Source: Minisyncoccia bacterium (lineage in GTDB: Bacteria; Patescibacteriota; Minisyncoccia; Phycocordibacterales; JAKFXT01). Taken from it: a stretch of 64,000 nt of DNA. The stretch is taken from NCBI GenBank assembly GCA_041485465.1, contig JBGPJO010000001.1:102190-166189 (forward strand), in the 5' to 3' direction. The first letter of the stretch is position 1; the number at the start of each line of letters is the position of its first letter. The notes under the pieces were generated by a model. That model searched no databases. It worked only from the letters and a program-made list of their open reading frames with translations, and was not told the DNA's origin. Positions 1-10,039 of this stretch are shown here, piece after piece. Position numbers and translations under genes: made by a program.

Positions 1-976
1 CCAAGTCGCCACCGCAATTTACCACCACCCGATAAGGAATTTTAAGCGCCTGAAGCAATTCTTCGGAATTTTTTGTAAGCTCTTCGTGCCATTTTACCGA
101 TTCCTCATGGCTTGCCTCACACAACACCACCTGCTCAAACTTAAAAAATTCATGCACTCGAACGAGTCCGCGTGTGTCTTTGCCGTGACTTCCCGCTTCC
201 CTCCGATAAGAAGGAGAGAAGGCCAGAAATCTGAGTGGCAATTTTTCTTTGGGAATAACTTCATCCATGAAGTACCCCATGGTTGGCACTTCGGCGGTGC
301 CGGCAAGATACTCACCATCTTGGGTTTTATAAAGATCGTCCTCGCCCTGCGGCAAATACCCCGTACCCATGAAAACCTCCCGCTTGACGATTGAAGGAGC
401 GATGAGCGGAGTAAAATTTTTCTTTCCAAAATAATCCGCTGTAAATTGCCACAGGGCAAGCGTAAGCATTACCCCACCATTCTTCAAAAAATAACCACGA
501 AAACCGGATGTCTTGACGCCCCGCTCAAGATCGACCATGTCATGGTACCCCATGAGCTCAATATGGTCTTTGGGGGTAAATGAAAATTTAGTTTTCTCGC
601 CCCAGACCCTCACTTCTTTATTATCGAGATCACTCTTCCCTTCCGGCACCGATACGTCAGGAATATTAGGAACACGAACCATCAGTCCCTGCCACACTTT
701 CAGCACCTCTTTGAATTTTTCTTCCTCCGCCTGAAGCTCTTCTTTAACGGACTTCATTTCAGCGATCATCTCCCCTCTTGTTGCCTCATTTGCCTCACGC
801 GTGATTTTTTCGGAAAAACTATTCTGCTCGGCGCGTTTTGCTTCAATTGATGACTGCAACTCGCGTCTCTTGTCATCCGCCACAATAAGCCGATCAACAT
901 CAAAATCGAGATGCTTCTTTTTGGCGGCAAGCGAAACGAGATCTTTATTTTCGCGAATGAATTTAATGTCGAGCAT
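1..976 (-). CDS. serS: Seryl-tRNA synthetase (partial; runs off window start, N-terminus at 976)
   Basis: Reverse-strand translation from the ATG at 974-976 reads MLDIKFIRENKDLV... then KDHIELMGYHDM..GVKTSGFRGYFLK, matching SerS N-terminal coiled-coil and class II core motifs. It is not in the ORF track because the ORF runs off the edge. Confidence 0.8.
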   Translation of the reverse strand, partial: MLDIKFIRENKDLVSLAAKKKHLDFDVDRLIVADDKRRELQSSIEAKRAEQNSFSEKITREANEATRGEMIAEMKSVKEELQAEEEKFKEVLKVWQGLMVRVPNIPDVSVPEGKSDLDNKEVRVWGEKTKFSFTPKDHIELMGYHDMVDLERGVKTSGFRGYFLKNGGVMLTLALWQFTADYFGKKNFTPLIAPSIVKREVFMGTGYLPQGEDDLYKTQDGEYLAGTAEVPTMGYFMDEVIPKEKLPLRFLAFSPSYRREAGSHGKDTRGLVRVHEFFKFEQVVLCEASHEESVKWHEELTKNSEELLQALKIPYRVVVNCGGDL

Positions 977-1006
977 ATTGAATGGAGTATCTAAATAGTA
1001 GCAAAA

Positions 1007-1921
1007 ATGGCTGTCCCCGCAACAATTCTATTTTATAGAGTACAATGTATTCCCATGAAGAATCCGCGAAAAATCCTGCCTGATGAATTTCCGCCGCTTC
1101 TAAAAGAAATTCCCGATGCCCCTAAATTTCTCTATATAGAAGGAGAACTGCCGGATCCTCTTGAACACACCTATCTTGCAGTTGTCGGTTCAAGAAAATA
1201 TTCGCGCTACGGGGAAGATGTATGTGGAAAGTTAATCGAGGGCCTGCGGGGCCATTCTATTGTTATAGTTTCCGGACTTGCGCTTGGAATCGACTCTATC
1301 GCCCACGAGGCAGCGCTTGAAGCAAACCTTAAAACAACTGCCATTCCCGGCTCGGGACTAGATGATGCGGTTCTCTATCCGGCAAGCAATAAGAAACTGG
1401 CTAAAAAAATACTTGATCAGGGTGGAGCATTACTTTCCGAGTTCGAGCCGAATTTTCGAGCAACGCCCTATGCTTTCCCGCAACGCAACCGAATCATGGC
1501 TGGCATTTCAAAAGCAGTACTCGTGATTGAGGCTGAAAAGAAGTCGGGGACGCTTATCACGGCACGTCTTGCACTTAATTACAACCGGGACGTGTTGGCC
1601 GTACCCGGATCGATTTTTTCAAAAACATCCGAGGGACCGCACCAGCTTATTAAAAATGGCGCAACTCCAGTAACGGAAAGTAAGGAAATCCTTGAAGCCC
1701 TTGGGTTTTCAGTTGAAAATCTTTCTTCTGAAACGACTCTTGAAATCGAAAACTGCTCTCCGGAAGAAAAAAGAATTCTCGAACTCCTCCGCGAGCCCCT
1801 TCCCAAGGACGAACTTATCCGTAAAGCTTCTCTTCCGACACATGCGGTAAGCGCGCTTCTTTCCATGCTTGAAATAAAAGGAATCATAAAAGAAAGCGGC
1901 GGAGAAATTCGGCGCCTGTAA
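1007..1921 (+). CDS. dprA: DNA processing protein DprA/Smf (alternative start at Met 1055, MKNPRK)
   Basis: Motifs VVGSRKYSRYGEDVCGKL, SGLALGIDSIAHEAAL, RNRIMAGIS and a C-terminal winged-helix-like tail. Classic dprA-topA synteny. Confidence 0.85.
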   Translation: MAVPATILFYRVQCIPMKNPRKILPDEFPPLLKEIPDAPKFLYIEGELPDPLEHTYLAVVGSRKYSRYGEDVCGKLIEGLRGHSIVIVSGLALGIDSIAHEAALEANLKTTAIPGSGLDDAVLYPASNKKLAKKILDQGGALLSEFEPNFRATPYAFPQRNRIMAGISKAVLVIEAEKKSGTLITARLALNYNRDVLAVPGSIFSKTSEGPHQLIKNGATPVTESKEILEALGFSVENLSSETTLEIENCSPEEKRILELLREPLPKDELIRKASLPTHAVSALLSMLEIKGIIKESGGEIRRL

Positions 1922-1974
1922 CGCACTCAAATTTGCCAAGGATGAATCCTTGTGGTATTGCTTAAACCCATACT

Positions 1975-4152
1975 ATGAGATTGTTAATTGTCGAATCCCC
2001 CGCAAAAGCTAAAACGATTGAAAAATACTTGGGCGATGACTTTACCGTCCGCGCCTCAGTCGGGCACATCCGCGATCTGCCAAAAAAAAATAAAGACGCC
2101 ATCGATATCGGTGGCGGTTTTGTACCCAAGTACGTCACCGTCGCCGGCAAGGAAAAAGTTATCCATGAGCTTATAGGATTAGCAAAAGAGGCTGATGAGA
2201 TCTATCTTGCAACCGACCCCGACCGCGAAGGAGAAGCGATTGCCTGGCACATCAAGGAAGCAATCGGCTTAAAGAACCCGAAGCGGATTGTCTTCCACGA
2301 AATCACCGAGGAAGCGCTAAAAGAAGCGCTTGAACATCCCCGGAAAATCGATATGAAATTAAAAGAGGCGCAGGAAGCTCGCCGCGTGCTTGATCGCCTC
2401 GTTGGTTATGATCTTTCAGGGCTTATTTGGAGAAAAGTGCGTTATGGTCTCTCGGCCGGACGCGTCCAGTCGCCGGCACTTCGTATTATTCTCGAGCGAG
2501 AACGCGAAATCAGGGCTTTTACGAGCGAAAAGTTTTGGGTGATAACCGCGCTCGTTAAAACTGAAAAAGGTATTGATCTTACGCTCACCTGTGAGGAAGA
2601 ACCACGGGACGGAGACGAGGTTATCAAGATACTAACGGCCGGAAAGGCGGGCCCGTGGAGTATTTTTGATGTTACTGAGAGTGAAGCAAAGAGGAGTCCC
2701 CGGGCTCCCTTCACCACTTCGACGCTTCAGCAGTCGGCAAGTTCGCGCGTCGGTTTTTCGCCATCAAGGACAATGTCGGTTGCCCAGAAACTCTACGAAA
2801 ACGGCCTGATTACGTATATGAGAACTGACAGCACCTCAATTTCAAGCGCCGCTCAAAAAAATATTATCGACATGATACGGAAAGAGTTTGGCGAGATATA
2901 TGTTTCTCCCCGTATCTATAAAACAAAAAGTAGGAACGCCCAGGAAGCACACGAGGCGATTCGCCCTACCACTATCTCCCTTCGCGGTAGCGGCAGAACA
3001 GACGAGCAAAAAAAATTATATCGGCTGATTCACGAGCGGGCACTCTCCTCTCAAATGACCGACGCGAAAATCTTGCGAACTAAAGTGAGCTCACGTTGTG
3101 GCGACGGTACTATTCCCCCGTTTTCAGTAACCGGCTCGCGCGTGCTCTTTGACGGCTGGCTTAAAGCGGACCCACGCGCCCGCGGCGAGGATGTAGAATT
3201 GCCCGAAGTCAAAAAAGGAGAATCTTTATCGCTCGTCGAAATACATTCCGAAGAAAAGGCAACGGAGCCTCCTTCACGCTACACGGAAGCGGGACTTGTC
3301 AAAGAACTCGAAAAACGTGGCATCGGACGGCCCTCAACCTACGCTTCTATCCTTAAGACGCTCTCGGACCGCGGCTATGTCGAAAAAGTCAACCGGACTC
3401 TTACGCCAACAGACACGGGAGAAGTGGTTTCGACATTTCTTGAGAATAATTTCATCAAGTACATCAGTGATGATTTTACGGCTCATATGGAAGATGAACT
3501 TGATGATATCGCGCGCGGTGAGCGAAGCTATGAAAAAACACTGAAAGATTTTTACGATCCATTCCGCAAAGACGTCAAATCGAAAGAGAAGATCGAGAAA
3601 CTGACGAATCTCGGCCCGGTTCCGAAAGAGTTCAGGTGTCCAAAATGTAACGGCCCCATGATTTTCAAACTTTCCAAAAATGGCAAATTTATGAGTTGCG
3701 TCCGATTCCCCGAATGCGACGGTGCCAGGACAAACGAAGGGCGCGAACTCCAGGGGCCAAAATCGACCGGAAGAAAATGCCCGGATTGCCAAACGGGAAT
3801 CTTGGTTGAGCGTGAAGGACGCTTCGGCACGTTTATCGCCTGTTCGAATTATCCGAAATGCAAACATATTGAGAGCGACCCTGAAGAAGAAGCAAAAAAG
3901 AAAACCGGGGTGAAGTGTCCTGTCTGCGGTAAAGGAGAGTTGATGGAGCGACGGGGGCGTTTTGGGCTCTTTTATAGCTGTTCGAATTATCCGCGGTGCA
4001 AATATGCAATTAAAGCAAAACCAACCGGCAACATCTGCCCGACCTGCGGCTCGCTCATGATGGAGGGAACAAAAACCATTCCGGAGCGCTGTTCCGATAA
4101 GAATTGCCCGAACCATAATCCGCATAAATCTGATAAAGATAAAAAGAAATAA
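1975..4152 (+). CDS. topA: DNA topoisomerase I
   Basis: N-terminus MRLLIVESPAKAKTIEKYLG..VRASVGHIRDLP (TOPRIM), then the catalytic domain and several C-terminal CxxC zinc-ribbon repeats. Confidence 0.95.
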   Translation: MRLLIVESPAKAKTIEKYLGDDFTVRASVGHIRDLPKKNKDAIDIGGGFVPKYVTVAGKEKVIHELIGLAKEADEIYLATDPDREGEAIAWHIKEAIGLKNPKRIVFHEITEEALKEALEHPRKIDMKLKEAQEARRVLDRLVGYDLSGLIWRKVRYGLSAGRVQSPALRIILEREREIRAFTSEKFWVITALVKTEKGIDLTLTCEEEPRDGDEVIKILTAGKAGPWSIFDVTESEAKRSPRAPFTTSTLQQSASSRVGFSPSRTMSVAQKLYENGLITYMRTDSTSISSAAQKNIIDMIRKEFGEIYVSPRIYKTKSRNAQEAHEAIRPTTISLRGSGRTDEQKKLYRLIHERALSSQMTDAKILRTKVSSRCGDGTIPPFSVTGSRVLFDGWLKADPRARGEDVELPEVKKGESLSLVEIHSEEKATEPPSRYTEAGLVKELEKRGIGRPSTYASILKTLSDRGYVEKVNRTLTPTDTGEVVSTFLENNFIKYISDDFTAHMEDELDDIARGERSYEKTLKDFYDPFRKDVKSKEKIEKLTNLGPVPKEFRCPKCNGPMIFKLSKNGKFMSCVRFPECDGARTNEGRELQGPKSTGRKCPDCQTGILVEREGRFGTFIACSNYPKCKHIESDPEEEAKKKTGVKCPVCGKGELMERRGRFGLFYSCSNYPRCKYAIKAKPTGNICPTCGSLMMEGTKTIPERCSDKNCPNHNPHKSDKDKKK

Positions 4153-4178
4153 CCCCGCGTGCGCGGGGTTATTTCTTG
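4153..4178 (+). terminator. Rho-independent terminator after topA
   Basis: GC hairpin ccccgcg-tgc-gcgggg followed by a T-run. Confidence 0.6.
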
Positions 4179-4211
4179 CGTATAAAATTGTAAGCAGTAT
4201 AGAATAGCATA

Positions 4212-5708
4212 ATGACAGCAAAAGAAATCATCGAGAAAATGGACGCTCCGTCGAAGGAGGACCAAGACCTCATCACTAAAGCATTTGCTTTTGCGGAAAA
4301 AATTCATACAAATCACAAACGCTACTCGGGTGAGCCCTATCTTGTCCATCTTTTTGAAACGGGGAAAAATCTGGCCGAGCTTGGAATGGGGGCGGCGACG
4401 ATTGCCGCCGGGCTTCTTCACGATTCGCTTGAAGACGCCGGCGCCAAAGAAGAGGATATCCAAAAAGAATTCGGGCCAGAAATTCTCTTTCTTATCCAGG
4501 GAGTGACCAAGCTCGGTAAATTGAAATATCGGGGCGCGAAGCGCCATACCGAGAGTTTGCGTAAACTCTTCGTCGCCATGTCGCAAGATATCCGGGTACT
4601 GATTATTAAACTGACCGACCGGCTCCATAACATGCAGACGCTTCAGTATGTTCCCCCGTTAAAGCAAAAACGAATCGCTCTTGAAACACTCGAGGTGTAC
4701 GCACCGATTGCCTATCGTCTCGGCATGCGGAAGCTCAATCGGGAGCTTGAAGATTTAGCCTTTCCATTCGTCTTTCCTGAAGAGTATGCAAAGACGGAAG
4801 CAGTGCTTAGAAAGAAAAACAAGGAGACCGCAAAACCACTTGAGAAAGTTCTTAATAGTATTAAAAAGGCGCTTGCCAAAAGCGCTATAACAGACTTCAA
4901 AACTGATTTCCGCGTCAAAGGGCTCTACAGTCTCCACAAAAAACTGGTACGCAAAGATATGGATATCGAAAAAGTCTATGATATTGCGGCAATCCGGATC
5001 ATCGTGCCAACGGTTGCCGACTGCTACAAGGTGCTCGGCATCATTCACAGTTCCTTTAGACCGCTTCCGGGGAGAATCAAGGACTACATCGCCTTCCCTA
5101 AACCAAACGGCTACCGCTCGATCCACACGACCGTTTTCACTGGGGATGGCGGCATTATCGAAGTCCAGATTCGAACCGAGGAAATGCAGCGCGAGTCCGA
5201 GTACGGCATCGCCTCCCATCTCTCATACAAAGACGATAACGGTAAGAAGGCCCGGAACGCGAATATTCTATGGATTATGAGCCTGCTTCGGCCTCAAATC
5301 TTAGCCCAAAGAAAGCCTGATACGGAAAAATTCGTCGATGTCCCCCAGTGGATCAAACATCTCGCAAAAACAGAGCTCTCAAACGAACCTGATGAGTATA
5401 TAGAAACCCTGAAAAGCGATTTCTTCGGTCATCGGGTTTTTGTCTTCACACCGAAAGGTGATGTGATTGATCTTCCTTCTGACTCAAGCCCCATTGATTT
5501 TGCGTATGCCATTCATTCAGATATAGGTAATCATATTTCGGGCGTTAAATTAAACGGCAAACTGGTCACCCTTGATACCAAACTAAAAAACGGCGACATT
5601 GTTGAAATCGTCACCAAGGAAAAAAGTAAACCTTCCTCGAAGTGGCTCGAACTCGTGAAAACGACCGAAGCACGGCGGCATATCAAAAATATTCTTCACC
5701 TTGGCTGA
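4212..5708 (+). CDS. rel: Bifunctional (p)ppGpp synthetase/hydrolase of the RelA/SpoT family; short form with HD + synthetase + TGS and no ACT domain
   Basis: HD motif AAGLLHDSLED, synthetase region RVKGLYSLHKKL..DIAAIRIIV..YRSIHTTV, TGS domain FVFTPKGDVIDLP..DFAYAIHSDIG. Confidence 0.85.
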   Translation: MTAKEIIEKMDAPSKEDQDLITKAFAFAEKIHTNHKRYSGEPYLVHLFETGKNLAELGMGAATIAAGLLHDSLEDAGAKEEDIQKEFGPEILFLIQGVTKLGKLKYRGAKRHTESLRKLFVAMSQDIRVLIIKLTDRLHNMQTLQYVPPLKQKRIALETLEVYAPIAYRLGMRKLNRELEDLAFPFVFPEEYAKTEAVLRKKNKETAKPLEKVLNSIKKALAKSAITDFKTDFRVKGLYSLHKKLVRKDMDIEKVYDIAAIRIIVPTVADCYKVLGIIHSSFRPLPGRIKDYIAFPKPNGYRSIHTTVFTGDGGIIEVQIRTEEMQRESEYGIASHLSYKDDNGKKARNANILWIMSLLRPQILAQRKPDTEKFVDVPQWIKHLAKTELSNEPDEYIETLKSDFFGHRVFVFTPKGDVIDLPSDSSPIDFAYAIHSDIGNHISGVKLNGKLVTLDTKLKNGDIVEIVTKEKSKPSSKWLELVKTTEARRHIKNILHLG

Positions 5709-5710
5709 TA

Positions 5711-6703
5711 TCAGATCGAGAAATCCTTAACCGAGTAGAGATCATCGCTCTTGTTTTCTTCATCGCTCTTTTCGGCAAGCGGCTTATCCTCCAGGGTTTG
5801 GGGAATGTCTTCTTTTTTATTGATGCCAAGCGCGTCTCTCGTTGTCGCAATAAATTTTTCCATAAGATTGGTTGGGTTCTTGGTTGAACCGATGAGATCA
5901 AGAATGGTGCGCAGGTCGTCTTTCGAGAAGAAATCAATGACTATTTTCCCGCCTTGTTCTTTGCGCTCAATTTTTACCCGAGTACCGAGGGATTCGGTCA
6001 ATTTTTGTTCAAGTTCAATCATCTCGGTATCTATCACTTCTTTTTTTCTTACCCGGTCGGTCGCAATGCGCCTGGCTATCGCCTCCGCCTCGCGGACAGT
6101 GAGTCGTTTAAAGAGAATTTCTTTGTAAAGCGTCCCTTGCTCTTCCGGATGATCAACAAGCATGAGCAGTGGGCGGGTATGCCCTTCGCTGATTTTCCCT
6201 TCGGCAAGCGCTCGTTGAAACTCTTCGGGAAGAGAAAGCAGCCGGAGGGTGTTTGAAACATATTCACGGCTCTTCCCTATCTTCTGCGCAATTTCGGCGT
6301 GTTTAAATTTAAATTCCGTAACAAGCCGCTCAAAGGCCCGAGCCCGATCGATCGCATTCAAATCTTCGCGCTGCAAGTTCTCGATGATAGCAAGTTCAAG
6401 CTTGGTACGGGCATCGTCAGCAGATGCCCGGATAAGCGCCGGCACCTGAGACAGCCCGGCCATCTTTGAAGCGCGCAACCGGCGCTCTCCGGCAATCAGC
6501 TCATATTCAACCTGAAGCCCCCCTTCCGACTTTTCGTGTTCCTGACGCGTTACAATCAAAGGTTGAAGAACTCCATATTGGCGAATAGAATCAGCCAGAT
6601 CTTTTAGTCGGGCTTCATCAAACTCCCTCCGTGGCTGATACGGGTTTGGACTTATCTTGTCGATATCAATCCAGAAAATTGAATCTCCGTAAAATTGCGA
6701 CAT
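5711..6703 (-). CDS. parB: ParB/Spo0J-like partition protein with a long charged C-terminal tail; no parA adjacent
   Basis: N-terminus ISPNPYQPRREFDEARLKDLADSIRQYGVLQPLIV and the GERRLRA box. Confidence 0.8.
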   Translation of the reverse strand: MSQFYGDSIFWIDIDKISPNPYQPRREFDEARLKDLADSIRQYGVLQPLIVTRQEHEKSEGGLQVEYELIAGERRLRASKMAGLSQVPALIRASADDARTKLELAIIENLQREDLNAIDRARAFERLVTEFKFKHAEIAQKIGKSREYVSNTLRLLSLPEEFQRALAEGKISEGHTRPLLMLVDHPEEQGTLYKEILFKRLTVREAEAIARRIATDRVRKKEVIDTEMIELEQKLTESLGTRVKIERKEQGGKIVIDFFSKDDLRTILDLIGSTKNPTNLMEKFIATTRDALGINKKEDIPQTLEDKPLAEKSDEENKSDDLYSVKDFSI

Positions 6704-6764
6704 AGGTATCTTATAATTTTAACATATTTGATTTCTCTTCAAAGTTGGCTACACTTCGTTTTAA

Positions 6765-6845
6765 GCCGGAGTGGCGGAATGGCAGACGCGCTCGACTCAA
6801 AATCGAGTCTCGCAAGAGGTGAGGGTTCGAGTCCCTCCTCCGGCA
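6765..6845 (+). tRNA. tRNA-Leu(CAA), type II with long variable arm
   Basis: gccggag acceptor stem, anticodon loop cuCAAaa, long variable arm, T-arm gggttcgagtccc. Confidence 0.85.
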
Positions 6846-6857
6846 CTAAAAACATAA

Positions 6858-6890
6858 CCGCCCCGCCCGAAATCTCGGGCGGGGCGGTTA
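6858..6890. terminator. Bidirectional terminator hairpin between tRNA-Leu and the peroxiredoxin gene
   Basis: Inverted repeat ccgccccgcccga aatc tcgggcggggcgg. Confidence 0.6.
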
Positions 6891-6898
6891 TTAATAGA

Positions 6899-7441
6899 TT
6901 ATTTTGAATTTAAATACTTAAGCATCGTCTTCGCGTCACTTACCTCAAACGGATCGTCTTTATAATTATCCGAGAACCCCGGTTCAACGAACATTTTTTT
7001 AACCGTGCCATCTTCGACATACATGCTGTAACGCCAGCTACGCTTTCCGAAACCGAGATTTTCTTTTTTCACAAGCATTCCCATTGCCTCGGTAAAGAGG
7101 CCGGAGCCGTCGGGAATAAACTTTACCTTTGAAACACCCTGGGCTTTCCCCCACTGATTCATCACGAATGCGTCGTTCACGCTGAGGCAGTAGACTTCAT
7201 CAATACCGAGCTTCTTGAATTCATCGTAGGAAGCTTCATAGCCGGGAAGGTGTGCTGAAGAGCATATTGGTGTGAATGCCCCCGGCAGTGAAAAAACGAC
7301 CACTTTCTTTCCTTCGAAAAGTTGAGAAGAGGAAACGTCTTGCCAGCGATAAGGATTATCCCCGGGAATGCTCTCATCCCTCACCCGGCTTTTGAAAATT
7401 ACGTCAGGAATTTTCTTTCCTTCCATTTCCGTTTTATTCAT
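6899..7441 (-). CDS. Peroxiredoxin, Prx5-like (AhpC/TSA family)
   Basis: VVVFSLPGAFTPICS motif typical of Prx5-type peroxiredoxins; 180 aa. Confidence 0.85.
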   Translation of the reverse strand: MNKTEMEGKKIPDVIFKSRVRDESIPGDNPYRWQDVSSSQLFEGKKVVVFSLPGAFTPICSSAHLPGYEASYDEFKKLGIDEVYCLSVNDAFVMNQWGKAQGVSKVKFIPDGSGLFTEAMGMLVKKENLGFGKRSWRYSMYVEDGTVKKMFVEPGFSDNYKDDPFEVSDAKTMLKYLNSK

Positions 7442-7514
7442 AGGTTTGATGTGCTGTTATTAAGTTGCTAGTGTGTGACTATCCTACCATTTTAAATTTA
7501 TTCATGTCTAATAT

Positions 7515-8462
7515 ATGTCTGATTTGAGGAGAAAAAAAACAAAAATAATCGTCATTCTGGGACCGACCACTTCAGGGAAAAGTGATTTGGCCGTACGTCT
7601 CGCGCGAAAATTCGACGGCGAGGTAGTTTCAGCTGATTCCCGTCAGGTTTATAAAGGTCTCGACATTGGAACCGGAAAGATCACAAAAAAAGAGATGAGG
7701 GGCGTCCCCCACCATCTTCTCGATATTACTGATCCACGCTATATATACAGTGTCGCCGAATATCAGAAGGATGCGATGAAAGCTGTGCGATATATCGTAC
7801 AAAAAAATAAGCTGCCGATTGTGTGTGGCGGCAGCGGATTTTACATAGATAGCCTCCTTGGCTCATTTTCGCTTCCCGAAATATTCTCAAACAAAAAGCT
7901 ACGACAACGTCTGGCCAAGAAATCCGCACAAGAACTTTTTAAAATACTTGAAAAACTCGATTCTCGACGGGCAAAAGAGATCGACCGACACAACCCTGTT
8001 CGTCTTATTCGGGCAATAGAGATAGCGAAAACATTTGGTTCTGTTCCCACAATAAGAAAATCCGAAAGATTTAATAGCCTTAAAATAGGAATTCTTACTC
8101 CTCCCTCCATACTCAAAACAAAAATTCACCAGCGACTTTTGGTAAGAATAAAAAAGGGGATGATCACTGAAGCGAGGCGTCTCCACAGAGGGGGGCTTTC
8201 GTGGAAAAGAATGGAAGCATTAGGTCTTGAATATCGCTATCTTGCCAAATACCTTCAAGGTAAAATTTCAAAGAAAGAGATGTTTTCGAAACTTGAGGGA
8301 GAAATCTGGCGCTATGTGAAACGGCAAATGACGTGGTTTAAAAGAGATAAAAAAATTAAATGGTTTTCAACGAGAACAAGTAAAAAGATTGAGAAAGAAG
8401 TAAAAAAATTTTTAAAAAATAAGAGAGAAAGCCCGCCCGTTTTTAAAATACGGGCGGGCTAG
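7515..8462 (+). CDS. miaA: tRNA dimethylallyltransferase
   Basis: IIVILGPTTSGKSDLAV..VVSADSRQVYKGLDIGTGKI..GVPHHLLDI. Confidence 0.9.
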   Translation: MSDLRRKKTKIIVILGPTTSGKSDLAVRLARKFDGEVVSADSRQVYKGLDIGTGKITKKEMRGVPHHLLDITDPRYIYSVAEYQKDAMKAVRYIVQKNKLPIVCGGSGFYIDSLLGSFSLPEIFSNKKLRQRLAKKSAQELFKILEKLDSRRAKEIDRHNPVRLIRAIEIAKTFGSVPTIRKSERFNSLKIGILTPPSILKTKIHQRLLVRIKKGMITEARRLHRGGLSWKRMEALGLEYRYLAKYLQGKISKKEMFSKLEGEIWRYVKRQMTWFKRDKKIKWFSTRTSKKIEKEVKKFLKNKRESPPVFKIRAG

Positions 8463-8890
8463 TGGTGATCGCTAAGAGCGTACTCGATGATAGGACACTG
8501 TGCAGGGAAATATGGTCCACATTTTTCGAGCCATTTTTGGGCGATTTGTGTCGCTTCTTTTTCTCGATACGTATGTTCCATGGGTCCTGTATTGAGGAAG
8601 GCCCCATTTAGATACTGCATATGATGCGCCAGCTCATGGATAAGAGTTGCGGCATCTTCAGCGAACTTTAGAGGCTGAAGACGATCATCGATATAAATCG
8701 AGTTGTCTTTTTCGTTGTAGTAGGCATCTTCCCATTTCCTGCAACCGTCACTGCACGCAACATGGTTGATCTCCCATGTCGAGGTAGGTTTTATGTCAGG
8801 CACATCATATGGAATTGGGTAGCCTGACCAGAGATTGATGACAATATAAAATTCTCGTGCAAGTTCGGAAAGTTGGCCGAGATTACTCAT
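8459..8890 (-). CDS. Hypothetical HExxH-motif protein, possibly a zinc metallopeptidase
   Basis: HELAHHMQ then a downstream Glu (gluzincin-like spacing). 4-nt overlap with the miaA stop. No confident family assignment. Confidence 0.45.
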   Translation of the reverse strand: MSNLGQLSELAREFYIVINLWSGYPIPYDVPDIKPTSTWEINHVACSDGCRKWEDAYYNEKDNSIYIDDRLQPLKFAEDAATLIHELAHHMQYLNGAFLNTGPMEHTYREKEATQIAQKWLEKCGPYFPAQCPIIEYALSDHH

Positions 8891-9096
8891 CCCTCCTCTC
8901 CTTCCATCTAAAGGACATTGTTAAAGGACATCTTTATTCTCATAAAAACATAATGAGAATAAAAGGCAAGGAATCCAATCCCCAAAAGACAGTGGAGGAC
9001 ATAAAGAAGTTCCCGTCAACTTGCACATTCGCTCTGCTGAGCTCAGTACCTTCCTCGCCCTTGCTCGTCGGCAGGCCGTGTGGGACGAGGTTGGAA

Positions 9097-9705
9097 CTAT
9101 TTTAGAGTTTCAAACTCAATCAATGCCTCTGGCAATTGAGTGAAACCTCCCTCCCCATTAATATGTCCCGCCTTATGTAAAACAACAATCTTTGAACCTA
9201 GTTCACTAAATTTCTCCTTGTTTTCTTCAAGAGCACCATAAGGATCATCGTCGGAAATTATTAATGTTGATTTTGGAAGGGCTCGTTTCACTTTTACAAA
9301 ATCTATTGGGGTTGTTACCCAGGGGGCAGCTGTCTTTTTTTCTTCACTATCCTCAAGATTTTCTAGATTGAACCAGCCCGCTACAAAAATTGCACCTCCA
9401 ACCTCCTTGGGAGGTACTTCATTATTTTTAGCATCAAACACCTGATTGGGATGATTTAGAGATTGTAAATATCTGAGTATGGTTTGACAACCGATACTAT
9501 GACCTACAAAAAAGGTGTTCTTATCAGGTTTGCCGACAATTTTAGAAAGATAAGTTACCCAATCTTCTATCGTTGGATTTTCGGGATGGGGCATGCTCGG
9601 AATCTTGACTCCAAATCCTTTTTTCTCAAGCTCTTTTTTTAACCACGGAAACCAGCCCTCATCCGGATATCCACTCCAGCCATGGATAATAAAAACTCTT
9701 TTCAT
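9097..9705 (-). CDS. Alpha/beta-hydrolase fold serine hydrolase (RBBP9/YdeN-like)
   Basis: FIIHGW..GHSIGC nucleophile elbow and a C-terminal His (HKAGHINGEGG). Confidence 0.7.
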   Translation of the reverse strand: MKRVFIIHGWSGYPDEGWFPWLKKELEKKGFGVKIPSMPHPENPTIEDWVTYLSKIVGKPDKNTFFVGHSIGCQTILRYLQSLNHPNQVFDAKNNEVPPKEVGGAIFVAGWFNLENLEDSEEKKTAAPWVTTPIDFVKVKRALPKSTLIISDDDPYGALEENKEKFSELGSKIVVLHKAGHINGEGGFTQLPEALIEFETLK

Positions 9706-9740
9706 ACAAATACCTTACCACAAAGTTTGGAAATGACGAG

Positions 9741-9812
9741 CGGGCCCACCAGGATTCGAACCTGGAACCTCGGTTTTGGAGACCGATGTTTTACCATTGA
9801 AACTATAGGCCC
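9741..9812 (-). tRNA. tRNA-Trp(CCA)
   Basis: Reverse complement gives acceptor gggccta/tgggccc, anticodon loop cuCCAaa, T-arm ggttcgaatcc. Confidence 0.8.
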
Positions 9813-9827
9813 AAGGAGATTATTGTA

Positions 9828-9986
9828 TTACTTTTTAACCTCTTTGTGCACGGTTTGTTTTTTGCACCACTTGCACCACTTTTTAAGCTCGATTTTACGC
9901 TCTACTTTTTTCTTATTTTTACTGGACCAATAGTTAACACGTTTGCACTCCGAACAGGCCAGTTTTATGAGTCTATCTTGTGACAT
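9828..9986 (-). CDS. rpmG: 50S ribosomal protein L33, zinc-ribbon form (52 aa)
   Basis: Reverse translation MSQDRLIKLACSECKRVNYWSSKNKKKVERKIELKKWCKWCKKQTVHKEVKK with CxxC..CxxC. It lies between tRNA-Tyr and tRNA-Trp and is too short for the ORF track. Confidence 0.8.
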   Translation of the reverse strand: MSQDRLIKLACSECKRVNYWSSKNKKKVERKIELKKWCKWCKKQTVHKEVKK

Positions 9987-10039
9987 AAATTAAGTTTTCA
10001 AAAGATACTATAAAAGCCTTGGAAAATCAAATATTTTTG

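Noticed and set aside
3334-4221. 295-aa minus-strand ORF antisense to topA, with other antisense ORFs inside topA, clpB, gyrA and groEL
   Set aside because: They lie entirely within strongly supported genes on the opposite strand, and their composition is low-complexity. Spurious.
9682-9933. 83-aa plus-strand ORF across tRNA-Trp and rpmG, and 46078..46374(-) across tRNA-Phe
   Set aside because: They overlap RNA genes or the L33 gene on the opposite strand, and their composition is non-protein-like.
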